Source of the DNA: Verrucomicrobiales bacterium
GTDB lineage: Bacteria > Verrucomicrobiota > Verrucomicrobiia > Verrucomicrobiales > V1-33
NCBI GenBank assembly: GCA_031411295.1
Contig: JANOAV010000038.1
Location: 32,001 to 96,000, forward strand
Direction: 5' to 3'
Length of the DNA: 64,000 bases
Made by a program: the position numbers and the translations under genes. The notes under the pieces are model-generated. The model did not search any database. It worked only from the letters and a program-made list of their open reading frames with translations, and was not told where the DNA came from. This document shows, piece after piece, positions 50,254 through 60,200 of the stretch; within the stretch, counting starts at the first letter, position 1; every line of letters starts with the position of its first letter.

Positions 50254-51369
50254 ATGAAATTCTCCGCCCGCTTGCGCCAGTCAACACTGCTACTGTTAGT
50301 GCTTTGCAGCACGCCCCTGATGGCTGAAGAAGATCCATTTGCCTTCCTCAATGACGAGCCTGACAAGATCAAACCCACCACGCCTGAACCAGGCAAACCG
50401 CAAACTCCCAACGTTAGCTCGGTTACGACGGAAGAGGAATTGATTCTGCGGTGGAAGAATTTCGAAGGTTCCGTGTGGCAGAAGATGCAGAAGACGTTTC
50501 CGGTTCGTCGTAAAGCAGCCGCCGAGACTTTGTTGAAAATGGCGGAACGCGCCACCGGTGCTCCGAAATTGGCCTATGAGCGGGAAGCCAAGCGATTGCT
50601 GGAGCTGCCCGCAGATGCCAATATCAATGTGCTGGGGAGCGATCCCAAAGAGGATGCACTCATGGGATACTGGCGATTCGACAGCCAGGATAAGTATCAT
50701 CGCACCTTCTATCAGAGTGGCAACGTGCAGGGGGAGGATAACATCGTTTGGTCCTGGGTGGACAAGGAAGCCGGCGTGCTCGTGCAGCACTCCGCGGGCT
50801 GCGATTTACTCTGGTTGGCGAAGCCTGGAGTAATCCAAGGGATCAATGATAATGGCTTTAAATTCTCGCTGACCAAAAGCCCGGAGCAAACGTATTTCCT
50901 AACTGACCCCGTGCTGACCAAGCTTGCGGCGGATGAAGCCAAGGAATGCCGTGAGTTGGAAACGACGCTGGCCGCCAAGCGCAAACTGTTGGCGAAATTC
51001 CTCAAAGCGCGCGCGGACAAAATGTCGGATTCCGTCTTGGCCAAGAAAATCCGCAGCAAGGCGGATGGTCTGCTGGCGAGGAACGCGCCCCTAATGGATC
51101 ATGTGGAGGATCTGGCCGGGTTGTGGGAGTGGGGTGGGAAGTCGCTCAAGTTTGCCGCCGCAGGCCGGGTGGTTTCAGCCGATGGGGCTCCCATGGGCAC
51201 CTGGATGTGGGGGAATGGAAGGCGCAAAACTGTCATGGTGGTCCTGGATGGTGGCAAATCCGCAAACTCGATCTTTCACGCCAATGCACCCACGGCACAT
51301 GATGACATGGATGTCTCTGTGCGGGCCCTTTCCGGTGAGAAATTTAGGGCTAAACGGGTTAAACCCTAA
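50254..51369 (+). CDS. Hypothetical secreted protein with internal duplication
   Basis: Signal peptide; two helix-plus-beta halves (LMGYWRF / LAGLWEW). Confidence 0.65.
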   Translation: MKFSARLRQSTLLLLVLCSTPLMAEEDPFAFLNDEPDKIKPTTPEPGKPQTPNVSSVTTEEELILRWKNFEGSVWQKMQKTFPVRRKAAAETLLKMAERATGAPKLAYEREAKRLLELPADANINVLGSDPKEDALMGYWRFDSQDKYHRTFYQSGNVQGEDNIVWSWVDKEAGVLVQHSAGCDLLWLAKPGVIQGINDNGFKFSLTKSPEQTYFLTDPVLTKLAADEAKECRELETTLAAKRKLLAKFLKARADKMSDSVLAKKIRSKADGLLARNAPLMDHVEDLAGLWEWGGKSLKFAAAGRVVSADGAPMGTWMWGNGRRKTVMVVLDGGKSANSIFHANAPTAHDDMDVSVRALSGEKFRAKRVKP

Positions 51370-51502
51370 CTCCATTGAGTAAAAGATAGGTTAACAGCCA
51401 GGGAGCCGAGATCGCCCCAACCCGGTTCGGCATGCGCCAGCAGCTCATTTTCCAGAAGCTACCAATCTTCATCTGTGCTAAAGGTTGCTCCAGTAAATAG
51501 CG

Positions 51503-53305
51503 ATGATGCATCCCTCCCTCCCCCTAACGTTGCTGTTGCTCGTCTCCGCGGTTCCCGCTTCGGCACAGGCAATTCTTTCCTCCTGGTATACCAAAAATTC
51601 CGGGGTGTTATGTCGTGTCATTCAGAGCCCGACGTTGACGACGCCAGTGACGACTTGGCCTGCGTCTGGAGTGACCAACAATAACACTGGGGCGGCAGCG
51701 CAGACGGTGCAGACGTATGCGGATGTGCAGCGGATTCGTTACACGGCCACGGATGTTTACATCAATGCCAATGGCTTGGCGTCTTACACCCTGGGGCCGT
51801 GGCTGACGAATACGGGTGGATTGTTTGGCTTTTGGCCGCTGGCGCGCGATTATTCGACGCGGATCACGCGGACTCCGGTGATCAACGGAACGAAAGTGCG
51901 GCACGGGGGCGGCATGATCGGGATGATGGTGAATGGGGTGGCGATTTATGATTTGGGCGATGCGTTTTCTTTTAATCAGACGAACACCACCGCACCTGCC
52001 ACACCCAGTGCTGTCACGGGCACTGATGGCATGGGCGCCACCGGTGATGGGTTTTGGTCGCGCGATGCGTTGGCGGTTGAGGTGGTAACGTTCGATCCAG
52101 GATTTGCTCATCAACCCGGAAACAACGGCCAGTATCATTATCACGCGGAACCCAAGGCGTTGCGGTATCAGCTGGGGGATAACATGAAGGCAACCTACAA
52201 TGTGACCAACAACACCAACACTTATACCGAAGATTTTTCCAATCCGCACCACTCTCCCATTTTGGGGTGGTGTTTTGATGGCTTGCCGATTTACGGCCCA
52301 TATGCCTACGACGGAGGCGTTGCTACCGTTAGTGGCGGAGCCGTGACTGCGGTTACCAAATCCACCAGCCCGGTAACCTACACTGCTCCACCCACCATTG
52401 TGTTTACTGGCGGCGGCGGCTCGGGTGCTGCGGCTACGGCGGTGTTGAATGCCGGGGTTATCTCCAGCATTACGATGGTTAGTGGCGGCAGTGGTTATAC
52501 TTCGGCCCCAGCAGTGACCATTCTCGGTGGGGTGCGGCGGATGCGGAATGGTTTTGTGCTGCGGAATGGAGCGAACGGCACGCAAAATCTGGTTTCAACA
52601 GGTCGAAAATCACTTCCGAAATGGGCGGTGGCGGCCCAGAGCTATACCACCGGAACTCTCAATGGAACTACGGGAGACTACGACATGCCAGCCACGGAAT
52701 GGGGGCCGGTTACGACCTATCAAACCACGGGGCCGGGTGGGGTCACGATTTATTCACTGGGACGCTACATTGGAGATTACGACTACCTCGGGGACCGCGG
52801 CCAGACGCAGGGAGTTGGTTTCGACATGGATCAATACAATGGCCGCTACTGCGTCACGCCAGAGTTCCCCAATGGCACTTACGCCTATTTCGTGACCGTC
52901 GATGCCGCCGGGAATCCCGCGTTTCCATACATGTTGGGGAAACAATACTTCGGAACCTCGAATGCGACCAACCCTGCCACCGTTCCTGTCGGAGCCACGG
53001 AGCTATTTAACGGCGGACCTAACATCAAGGAAACTTGGGTGGGTGGACCGGCAACTGCCAGCAATGGTAATGTCACCCTAACCTGGAACAGCGTGGAAGG
53101 TGGAACCTACAAAGTGGAGGCCTCCGATACCCTGAGCAGTTGGTCCACGCTGAGCACCACGGTCCCGGGGGCTGCGAATAGTCCGCAAACTTCCTTCATC
53201 GAATCCGCTGCCGCTCCCCCAGGTGTGGGTAATCACACCCGGCGGTTCTATCGCGTCACCCGCACGGGCACCGCAGCTTACGATCCCGCTTACACTGGCC
53301 AATAA
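51503..53305 (+). CDS. Secreted YHYH-domain protein 1
   Basis: GMMVNGVAIY, AHQP...GQYHYH, HSPILGWCFDGLPIYGPY, DQYNGRYCVTPEFPNGTYAYF; C-terminal module. Confidence 0.88.
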   Translation: MMHPSLPLTLLLLVSAVPASAQAILSSWYTKNSGVLCRVIQSPTLTTPVTTWPASGVTNNNTGAAAQTVQTYADVQRIRYTATDVYINANGLASYTLGPWLTNTGGLFGFWPLARDYSTRITRTPVINGTKVRHGGGMIGMMVNGVAIYDLGDAFSFNQTNTTAPATPSAVTGTDGMGATGDGFWSRDALAVEVVTFDPGFAHQPGNNGQYHYHAEPKALRYQLGDNMKATYNVTNNTNTYTEDFSNPHHSPILGWCFDGLPIYGPYAYDGGVATVSGGAVTAVTKSTSPVTYTAPPTIVFTGGGGSGAAATAVLNAGVISSITMVSGGSGYTSAPAVTILGGVRRMRNGFVLRNGANGTQNLVSTGRKSLPKWAVAAQSYTTGTLNGTTGDYDMPATEWGPVTTYQTTGPGGVTIYSLGRYIGDYDYLGDRGQTQGVGFDMDQYNGRYCVTPEFPNGTYAYFVTVDAAGNPAFPYMLGKQYFGTSNATNPATVPVGATELFNGGPNIKETWVGGPATASNGNVTLTWNSVEGGTYKVEASDTLSSWSTLSTTVPGAANSPQTSFIESAAAPPGVGNHTRRFYRVTRTGTAAYDPAYTGQ

Positions 53306-53307
53306 TC

Positions 53308-54912
53308 ATGCGCCCATCACCCCATGCTTTATTAGGGCTCGGATTATTGGTGCTGCTGCTGAACCAGTCCCACGCTGACCCCCGTTTTACCTCCTGGCTC
53401 ACCACAAACTCCACGAAGTATGCCCGGGTCACGGAAACAACGACTACCAGTCCGGTAGCTACGTGGCCATCTCCTGGTATTCCCAAGAACGCGATGAGCC
53501 CGACCCAAGCGGTCCCGGCCTACGCGGATGTGCAGCAGATTCTCTATTCGGCAAATTTCGTTTATGTTAAGTCCGCCAATCTTGCCAGTCACCGCATGGG
53601 GCCGTGGTATAAGGAATACACCAAAGTTACGGTGAATGGGTTGTGGCCGGATAATGGCAAAATCACCTCGAAAATTCCGCGGAATCCCTCGGCGGTGGCC
53701 AATCCGATTGTCGTTTCCCAACAAGTGGCGCAGGGACCGGTGGGGGTGTTAGTCAATGGAGTTACCATTGCCAATCTGGGTGACGGCTCCGGCTACGATA
53801 CCGCTCTGGCTAAGGATGCGGGCGTGACGGGCGGCGGGGCTCCGGGGAATCAATCCGATGTCTGGATCCGTTGTGCCACGGGTGCGGAGGGCCCGATTCT
53901 CGATTCCGGGTTCGGACATCCTGCGCCTGACGGAGGTTACCATTACCATGCCAGTCCGCGGGCGCTGCGTTATCAATTGGGAGATAATTTAACCCTCACC
54001 CCGGGCGGAGCATCAACGCCATCGATTGATACCTACACGGAAAACACCTCGAACCTGCATCACTCGCCCATCGTGGGCTGGGCTTACGATGGCTACCCGA
54101 TCTATGGGCCCTACGGCTACTCGAGCGCAAATGATCCTAACAGCCCCGTGCGACGCATGGTGTCCGGTCATGTGCCACGGGATGGCACCAAGGGCACGAC
54201 CAATCTAACCACGGCAGGCCGACGCTCGCTGGCGCCATGGGCTGCGTTGTTTCACACGTTCACGACCACGTTAGGCTCGGCGGATTATGCCCTGCCCAGC
54301 ACCCGTTGGGGCCCGAATGTCTCCACGAGTTTTCCGATCGGATGGTATGCGGAGGATTTCGATTATCTGGGCGACATCGTGAAGACTCCCGCCACCGGAG
54401 CACGTTATGTGCAGGGGGTGGATTTCGATTTGGATAAACCCAACGGACGTCAATGTGTGACGCCGGAATTTCCGGGTGGGATCTACGCTTATTTTATCCC
54501 GATTGATGCCAACGGCGTGCCGGCTTTTCCCTATTCCATTGGCCGTTACTGGCGAGGCACGCGGAGCGGTGGTCGGGTCGTCAATGGAAACATCACCGAG
54601 ACCGTGACCACGCTCTTCACGGGTGGGCCAGCGATGGCGGAAACTTGGAAGGGTGGTCCCTCCATCGCACCCGCTTCTGGCAATGTTACGATCACTTGGA
54701 ATAGCCTCGAAGGCGGCACCTACAAAGTGGAGGCCTCCGGCAATCTGCAGAGCTGGTCCGTGCTGAACGCTGCGCAAGCCGCCGCTGGCAATGCGACGAG
54801 CACGCCCTTTGTTGACAGTGCCTCTGCCTTGCCTGGCAATAACCCACGACGATTCTATCGCGTCACGCGCACAGGCAACGCCACCTTCGATTCGGCTTAC
54901 ACCGGGCAGTAA
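53308..54912 (+). CDS. Secreted YHYH-domain protein 2 (tandem paralog)
   Basis: GHP...GGYHYH, HSPIVGWAYDGYPIYGPY, VTPEFPGGIYAYF; ends in AYTGQ like paralog 1. Confidence 0.88.
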   Translation: MRPSPHALLGLGLLVLLLNQSHADPRFTSWLTTNSTKYARVTETTTTSPVATWPSPGIPKNAMSPTQAVPAYADVQQILYSANFVYVKSANLASHRMGPWYKEYTKVTVNGLWPDNGKITSKIPRNPSAVANPIVVSQQVAQGPVGVLVNGVTIANLGDGSGYDTALAKDAGVTGGGAPGNQSDVWIRCATGAEGPILDSGFGHPAPDGGYHYHASPRALRYQLGDNLTLTPGGASTPSIDTYTENTSNLHHSPIVGWAYDGYPIYGPYGYSSANDPNSPVRRMVSGHVPRDGTKGTTNLTTAGRRSLAPWAALFHTFTTTLGSADYALPSTRWGPNVSTSFPIGWYAEDFDYLGDIVKTPATGARYVQGVDFDLDKPNGRQCVTPEFPGGIYAYFIPIDANGVPAFPYSIGRYWRGTRSGGRVVNGNITETVTTLFTGGPAMAETWKGGPSIAPASGNVTITWNSLEGGTYKVEASGNLQSWSVLNAAQAAAGNATSTPFVDSASALPGNNPRRFYRVTRTGNATFDSAYTGQ

Positions 54913-54972
54913 TGGTCTGAAAGTTCCCTTTGCCTTCACGCTGGCGTAAGGTTCACTCGACAGCTTGTGTCT

Positions 54973-56151
54973 ATGAAAGCTTCCATCATCATCATGATCG
55001 CACTCGCTGCTGTGGGCGGGTGGTCGATTGCGCGCTTTACCGGGGGCAGTGGCAATGTCGCTGCGGGCAGCAGGAAAATTATTTGCTATCAGAGTCCGAT
55101 GCATCCTTGGGTGAAGTCGGATCATCCCGGACAATGCACGGTGTGTGGCATGGATCTGGTGCCGGTGTATGAGGGGGAGAACGGATTCGATCACGCCATA
55201 AGTGACGTGGTGATGCTCCCGCAAGGAAGCATTAAGGCGGTAGGGATTCAAGTGTTGCCAACTCGCGTGCGCAGCTTGGTGCGGACGCTGCGGGTGGCGG
55301 GCATGATCGGGGAGGATGAATCGCGCCATGGGGTCATCAGTGCTCCGGTCGAAGGACGCATCGATGGTTTATCGATGAATCATGAAGGTCAGCAAATCAC
55401 CCGCCGCCAGCCGCTGGCCACCATGTTCAGTCGCACCCTCTTGAGCGCTGCCAACGATTACAATGTGGCGGTGAGTCAAGGAGATGGCAGTGCTACGACG
55501 TTGGCGAAACGACGTCTGGAACAATATGGACTGGTCTGGGAGCAGATCGAAGCGATACCTCGTCGGCAACCGGACGATCTCTATTTCGGGATCCTGGCTC
55601 CGCTGACGGGCACGATTGTGAAGGCCAATGTTGCCGAAGGTCAGTATGTGAAAGAAGGGGATCGAATGTTTGAGATCGCGGACTTCACGAAAATGTGGTT
55701 TCACTTCATGGCTTACGAACCGGATTTGCCATGGTTGCAATTGGGTCAGATAGTGACGCTGCAAACGGCCTCGTGGCCTGGTCATGAAATCAAAGCCAGA
55801 GTGGCGTTTATCAGTCCGAATCTGGATGAGATGACGCGCTCCGCGAAGGTGCGAGTGGTGGTGGAGAATCCAGATCGGAAAATCAAGAACAACAGTTTTG
55901 CCGAAGGCGTGGTGGAATGGGAATCTCCCGAGGTGCTGACGGTAGCCCGCAGTGCGGTGCTCTGGCCCGGTGCGACGCCAAGGGTGTATGTGGAAAAGGA
56001 ACCGGGAACCTACGCGGCCCGCAATGTTAAGCTGGGCCGGGCGGGTGACGCCGAGTGGGAAGTCCTGGAAGGATTGCAGGCCGGGGATCGCGTAGTGACC
56101 AGCGGCAACATGCTGATCGATAGCCAAGCCCAGTTGGATAAAATTGAGTGA
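54973..56151 (+). CDS. CusB/SilB-like RND membrane fusion protein with heavy-metal binding domain
   Basis: YQSPMHPWVKSDHPGQCTVCGMDLVP; GQYVKEG; TRSAKVR; GDRVVTSGNMLIDS. Confidence 0.9.
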   Translation: MKASIIIMIALAAVGGWSIARFTGGSGNVAAGSRKIICYQSPMHPWVKSDHPGQCTVCGMDLVPVYEGENGFDHAISDVVMLPQGSIKAVGIQVLPTRVRSLVRTLRVAGMIGEDESRHGVISAPVEGRIDGLSMNHEGQQITRRQPLATMFSRTLLSAANDYNVAVSQGDGSATTLAKRRLEQYGLVWEQIEAIPRRQPDDLYFGILAPLTGTIVKANVAEGQYVKEGDRMFEIADFTKMWFHFMAYEPDLPWLQLGQIVTLQTASWPGHEIKARVAFISPNLDEMTRSAKVRVVVENPDRKIKNNSFAEGVVEWESPEVLTVARSAVLWPGATPRVYVEKEPGTYAARNVKLGRAGDAEWEVLEGLQAGDRVVTSGNMLIDSQAQLDKIE

Positions 56152-56161
56152 GTGAGCGAAT

Positions 56162-56390
56162 GTGGAGCAGCTCGCTGGGCTGCTCAAAAAATGAATATGA
56201 GGCGATGAACGAAAACGAAATACTAGATCCACGAATCTTAGATTACAGCAGCCCAGCGGGCTGCTGCCACACTCGCGCGAATGTGGAGCAGCCCGCTGGG
56301 CTGCTCAAAATCAACGCCCACGGCCATGAGTGATCCAGCACCCACGAACTCCTCGCCAGAGGGAAAAGCAGTCCAGCGGACTGCTTCCAC
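56162..56390. repeat. REP cluster upstream of RAYT (4 copies, alternating orientation)
   Basis: GTGGAGCAGCYCGCTGGGCTGCTC at 56162 and 56283; inverted AGCAGYCCAGCGGRCTGCTKCCAC at 56247 and 56367. Confidence 0.9.
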
Positions 56391-57012
56391 ACTCGGTAAA
56401 TTCTTCGAACCAGAAGCCCCCATCGAGAAATCGCAGCGAGACCTGCCGCATTGGAATCAAGCAGGATGCATTTACTTCGTGACTTACCGGATGGGGGATT
56501 CCATTCCGGCGGAGAAACTCCATGAATTGGAAAGAGAACGCTTTCTCTGGCTGAAGCAGCATCCGAAACCTTGGAATGACGCAACGTGGACCGAGTATTC
56601 CAAACGCTTCGAAGGTCCGGTGCAACAATGGTTGGATGCCGGACATGGCTCGTGTGTGTTGCGGGCGGATGAATTGCGCGATGTTGTGGTGGAGAGCTTC
56701 CATCGGTTTGCTGGGGCGCGTTACGATCTGGGGGATTATGTGATCATGCCCAATCATGCGCATGTGCTGGTTACGCCGATGGAGGGCTTTGCATTAAAGT
56801 CCATCCTTCATACTTGGAAATCCTTTACCGCCAAGGCGATCCTTAAAGTTTGCCCCGAGGCACCTGGGCACTTCTGGCAGCATGAATCGTATGATCACAT
56901 CGTGCGCAGCCCAAAGCAACTGGCGCACTATCAACATTACATCCGAGAGAATCCGCTGAATGCCAGATTGAAAGAGGGGAGTTACACCCATTGGGTGGCG
57001 CCTAAAAAATGA
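56326..57012 (+). mobile_element. REP-associated tyrosine transposase (RAYT / TnpA-REP, HUH Y1)
   Basis: LPHW, YFVTYR, YVIMPNHAHVL (HUH), WKSFTA, FWQHESYDHIVR and YIRENP motifs; flanked by REPs. Confidence 0.9.
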
Positions 57013-57014
57013 AT

Positions 57015-57156
57015 GTGGAGCAGCCCGCTGGGCTGCTCAAAAAATAACCACTGCGATGATGACCACTGAAACTTCAAACGCACTTCCTGCCAGGAAAGCA
57101 GTCCAGCGGACTGCTTCCACACTCGCACGAATGTGGAGCAGCCCGCTGGGCTGCTC
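57015..57156. repeat. REP cluster downstream of RAYT (3 copies)
   Basis: The same 24-mers at 57015 (direct), 57097 (inverted) and 57133 (direct). Confidence 0.9.
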
Positions 57157-57201
57157 ATCCGCCCTCGCAGAGACTACTTCCACCCGCGCTTTGCATTCCC
57201 T

Positions 57202-60200
57202 ATGATAAACCACCTCATAGAATGGTCGCTGCGCAATCGCTTCCTTGTGGTTGGGCTTACGTTGCTGCTCATCGGGGCCGGGATTCGGGCCATGTGGAGC
57301 ACGCCGGTGGATGCGTTGCCGGATCTCAGCGAGAACCAAGTGATCGTTTCTGCAGACTGGATGGGGCGGGGACCGCAGGAGGTTGAGGCACAGGTGACGC
57401 AGCCGCTGTCGCTGCATTTGCAAGGGCTTGGTGGGATTAAGTCGGTGCGTGCCACCTCCATGTTTGGCTTCGCGTTAGTTAACCTTATTTTCGAAGACAG
57501 CGTTTCCAGTGAAAGCGCTCGGCAACGGGTGCTGGAACGATTGAATGCGCTGCGTGGAAAACTGCCCGCAGGAGTGGCGCCTACGCTGGGGCCGGATGCG
57601 ACCGGGCTGGGCTGGGTCTATCAATATTATCTGGCGGTCGATCCAGCGATGTCTGGTCGCGATGGGTATGATCTGGGGTCCTTGCGGGCGCTGCAGGACT
57701 CGTTTGTGCGACCGCAGCTCAGCAGTGTGGCCGGCGTGGCGGAAGTTGGCAGTGTGGGTGGATTCGTGAAGCAATATCAGATCGAAGTAGATTCAGCCAA
57801 GATGCGCAATGCTGGCGTTTCCTTGACCCAAGTGATGGATGCGGTGAGCCAGAGCAATCTCAATGTAGGTGGTAAGACCATCGAAGAAAATGGCATGGAG
57901 TTTATCGTCCGAGGCGTGGGCTTGCTGCATGGTCCGGAGGAGATAGAGAACCTGACGGTGGCGGAGCAAGACGACAAAATAACCCGACTTCAAGATGTCG
58001 CGCGCGTGGAACTCGGAGGTGACTTCCGTCGGGGCACGCTGGATGTGATGGGGCATGAAGTGGTGGGCGGCACCGTGGTGATGCGCTTGGGAGAGAATGC
58101 CAGCGCGGTCATTCAGCGAGTCAAAACCAAGGTGGAGCAATTGCAGGCTAGTCTGCCCGAAGGCGTTCGGATCACCGCCTTCTATGATCGCAGTGAATTG
58201 ATCGACCGCACCATCGCGACGCTGCGCAGCACCCTGCGGGGAGAGATTCTGCTGGTCACACTGGCGCATATCCTTTTTCTGTTTCACTTCCGGAGCATTC
58301 TCATCGTGATTCTGCCCTTGCCGGTGAGCATCCTGATTTCCTTCATCCTCATGCGACAAGTGGGGATATCTTCCAATTTGATGAGCTTGTCAGGAATTGC
58401 CATCGCCATCGGGGTGCTGGTGGATGCCGCCATTGTGATCACGGAAAATGTCATTCGTCATTGTGAGCAGGCCACGGTGCGCAAAGGTTCCGCGCTGACG
58501 ACGGCGGAGACTTGGCAGACGGTTTTGGTATCTGCGCAACAAGTGGGCCGCCCGATTTTCTTTGCCATGGCGATCATCATTCTCGCCTTCGTGCCCGTGT
58601 TTGCCCTCACGGGGGTGGAAGGGAAATTGTTTCATCCGCTGGCATTTACCAAGACCTTCGCGATGATCGGTTCCACCTTGTTGGCAGTGACCATCGTGCC
58701 CGTGTTGTGCACTTGGTTGGTGCGGGGACCTTTTCACGCGGAAGAGCGGAACGTGGTGATGCGGGGGATGCTGCGACTCTACGATCCCGTGCTGGAGTTT
58801 GCGCTAAGTCATCGGAAATTCGTGTTAGGTTGCGCAGGGATTGTTTTGCTGGGCGCACTGAGTCTGATTCCGCAGATGGGTCGCGAATTCATGCCGCCTT
58901 TAAATGAAGGCAGCCTGCTCTACATGCCGAGTTACGTTCCGGCCACCGCCCTCAGTGAGGTGAAACGCGCCATGGCTTGGCAGGACCAGGTGCTGGCGAC
59001 GTTTCCAGAAGTGCAATCCGCGGTGGGGAAACTGGGTCGGGTCGATACCGCCACCGATCCAGCGCCCATTGAGATGATTGAAACCACAATCATGCTCAAG
59101 CCCGAAAGCGCATGGCGGGAGGGCATGACACGCGAGAAATTAGTGGCAGAAATGACGGCTGCGATGCGACAAATCCCGGGTTCCGTCCCTGGATTCCTCC
59201 AGCCCATCGAAGGCCGCGTGCTGATGATTTCCACGGGTATTCGCGCTCAGTTAGGAGTGAAAATTTTCGGGAACAATTTGGAGGAATTGCAGCGCGCCGC
59301 GGCCTCCGTGCAACAGGTGGTGCAACTGGTTCCAGGAGCCATGGGCGTGGCCTCCAGTAGAATTCAAGGCAAGCCGTATTTGGAAATCCGAGTCAACCGG
59401 GAAGCCGCCAATCGCTATGGACTAAGCGCTCAGCAGGTATTGGATGCAGTGGAGGTGGGCATCGGTGGAAAGGAAGTTACCTCAGTGATAGACGGGCGGA
59501 ATCGGATCCCAGTGCAAGTCCGTTTGCAGCGGAGCGAGCGGGAAGATCTGACGCGTCTGCAAGCCGTGCTAGTAACTTCCGCCACCGGCAAAGTCGTTCC
59601 TTTGGGTGTCGTGGCAGAGATTGTGCGGGTGGAGGGCCCGAATGAAATTTCCAGCGAGTATGGCCGGTTGCGGGCTTACGTGCAGGCCAATGTGAGCGGG
59701 CGGGACTTGGGTGGCTTCGTGGAAGAAGTGAAGTCCAAATTAGCCACTAAAGTGCTGCCCAGCTTGGCCGCCAAGGGGATGACATTGGAATACAGTGGCA
59801 CTTACGAAAATCAGATTCACGCCGCCTCCACGCTGCGCTGGATTGTGCCCACGGTGCTGGGCATTATCTTCCTCCTGCTGCTGATGTTGTATCGCAAAGC
59901 CGCAGAAGCCGCGCACGTGCTGCTGGCAGTGCCCTTCGCGTTGAGCGGTGGAGTGATGCTGCAATACGCGCTGGGTTGGAATTTCAGCGTGGCAGTGTGG
60001 GTCGGGTATATCGCGTTGTTTGGCACGGCCATTCAAACTGCGGTGGTGATGGTCGTTTATCTGGAAGAGGCGGTGGAGCACAAACGGAAGCAACTCGGGT
60101 GTGCCTTTACTCAGGCCGATCTCAAGGCCGCCGTGATTGCTGGTGCCCGTCTGCGCTTGCGCCCCAAGGTCATGACCGTGGCCACGATCGTCGCCAGCTT

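Noticed and set aside
56162..57156. CRISPR array (24-nt repeats with variable spacers)
   Set aside because: The repeats alternate in orientation, spacing is irregular, they flank a RAYT, and no cas genes are present. They are REPs.
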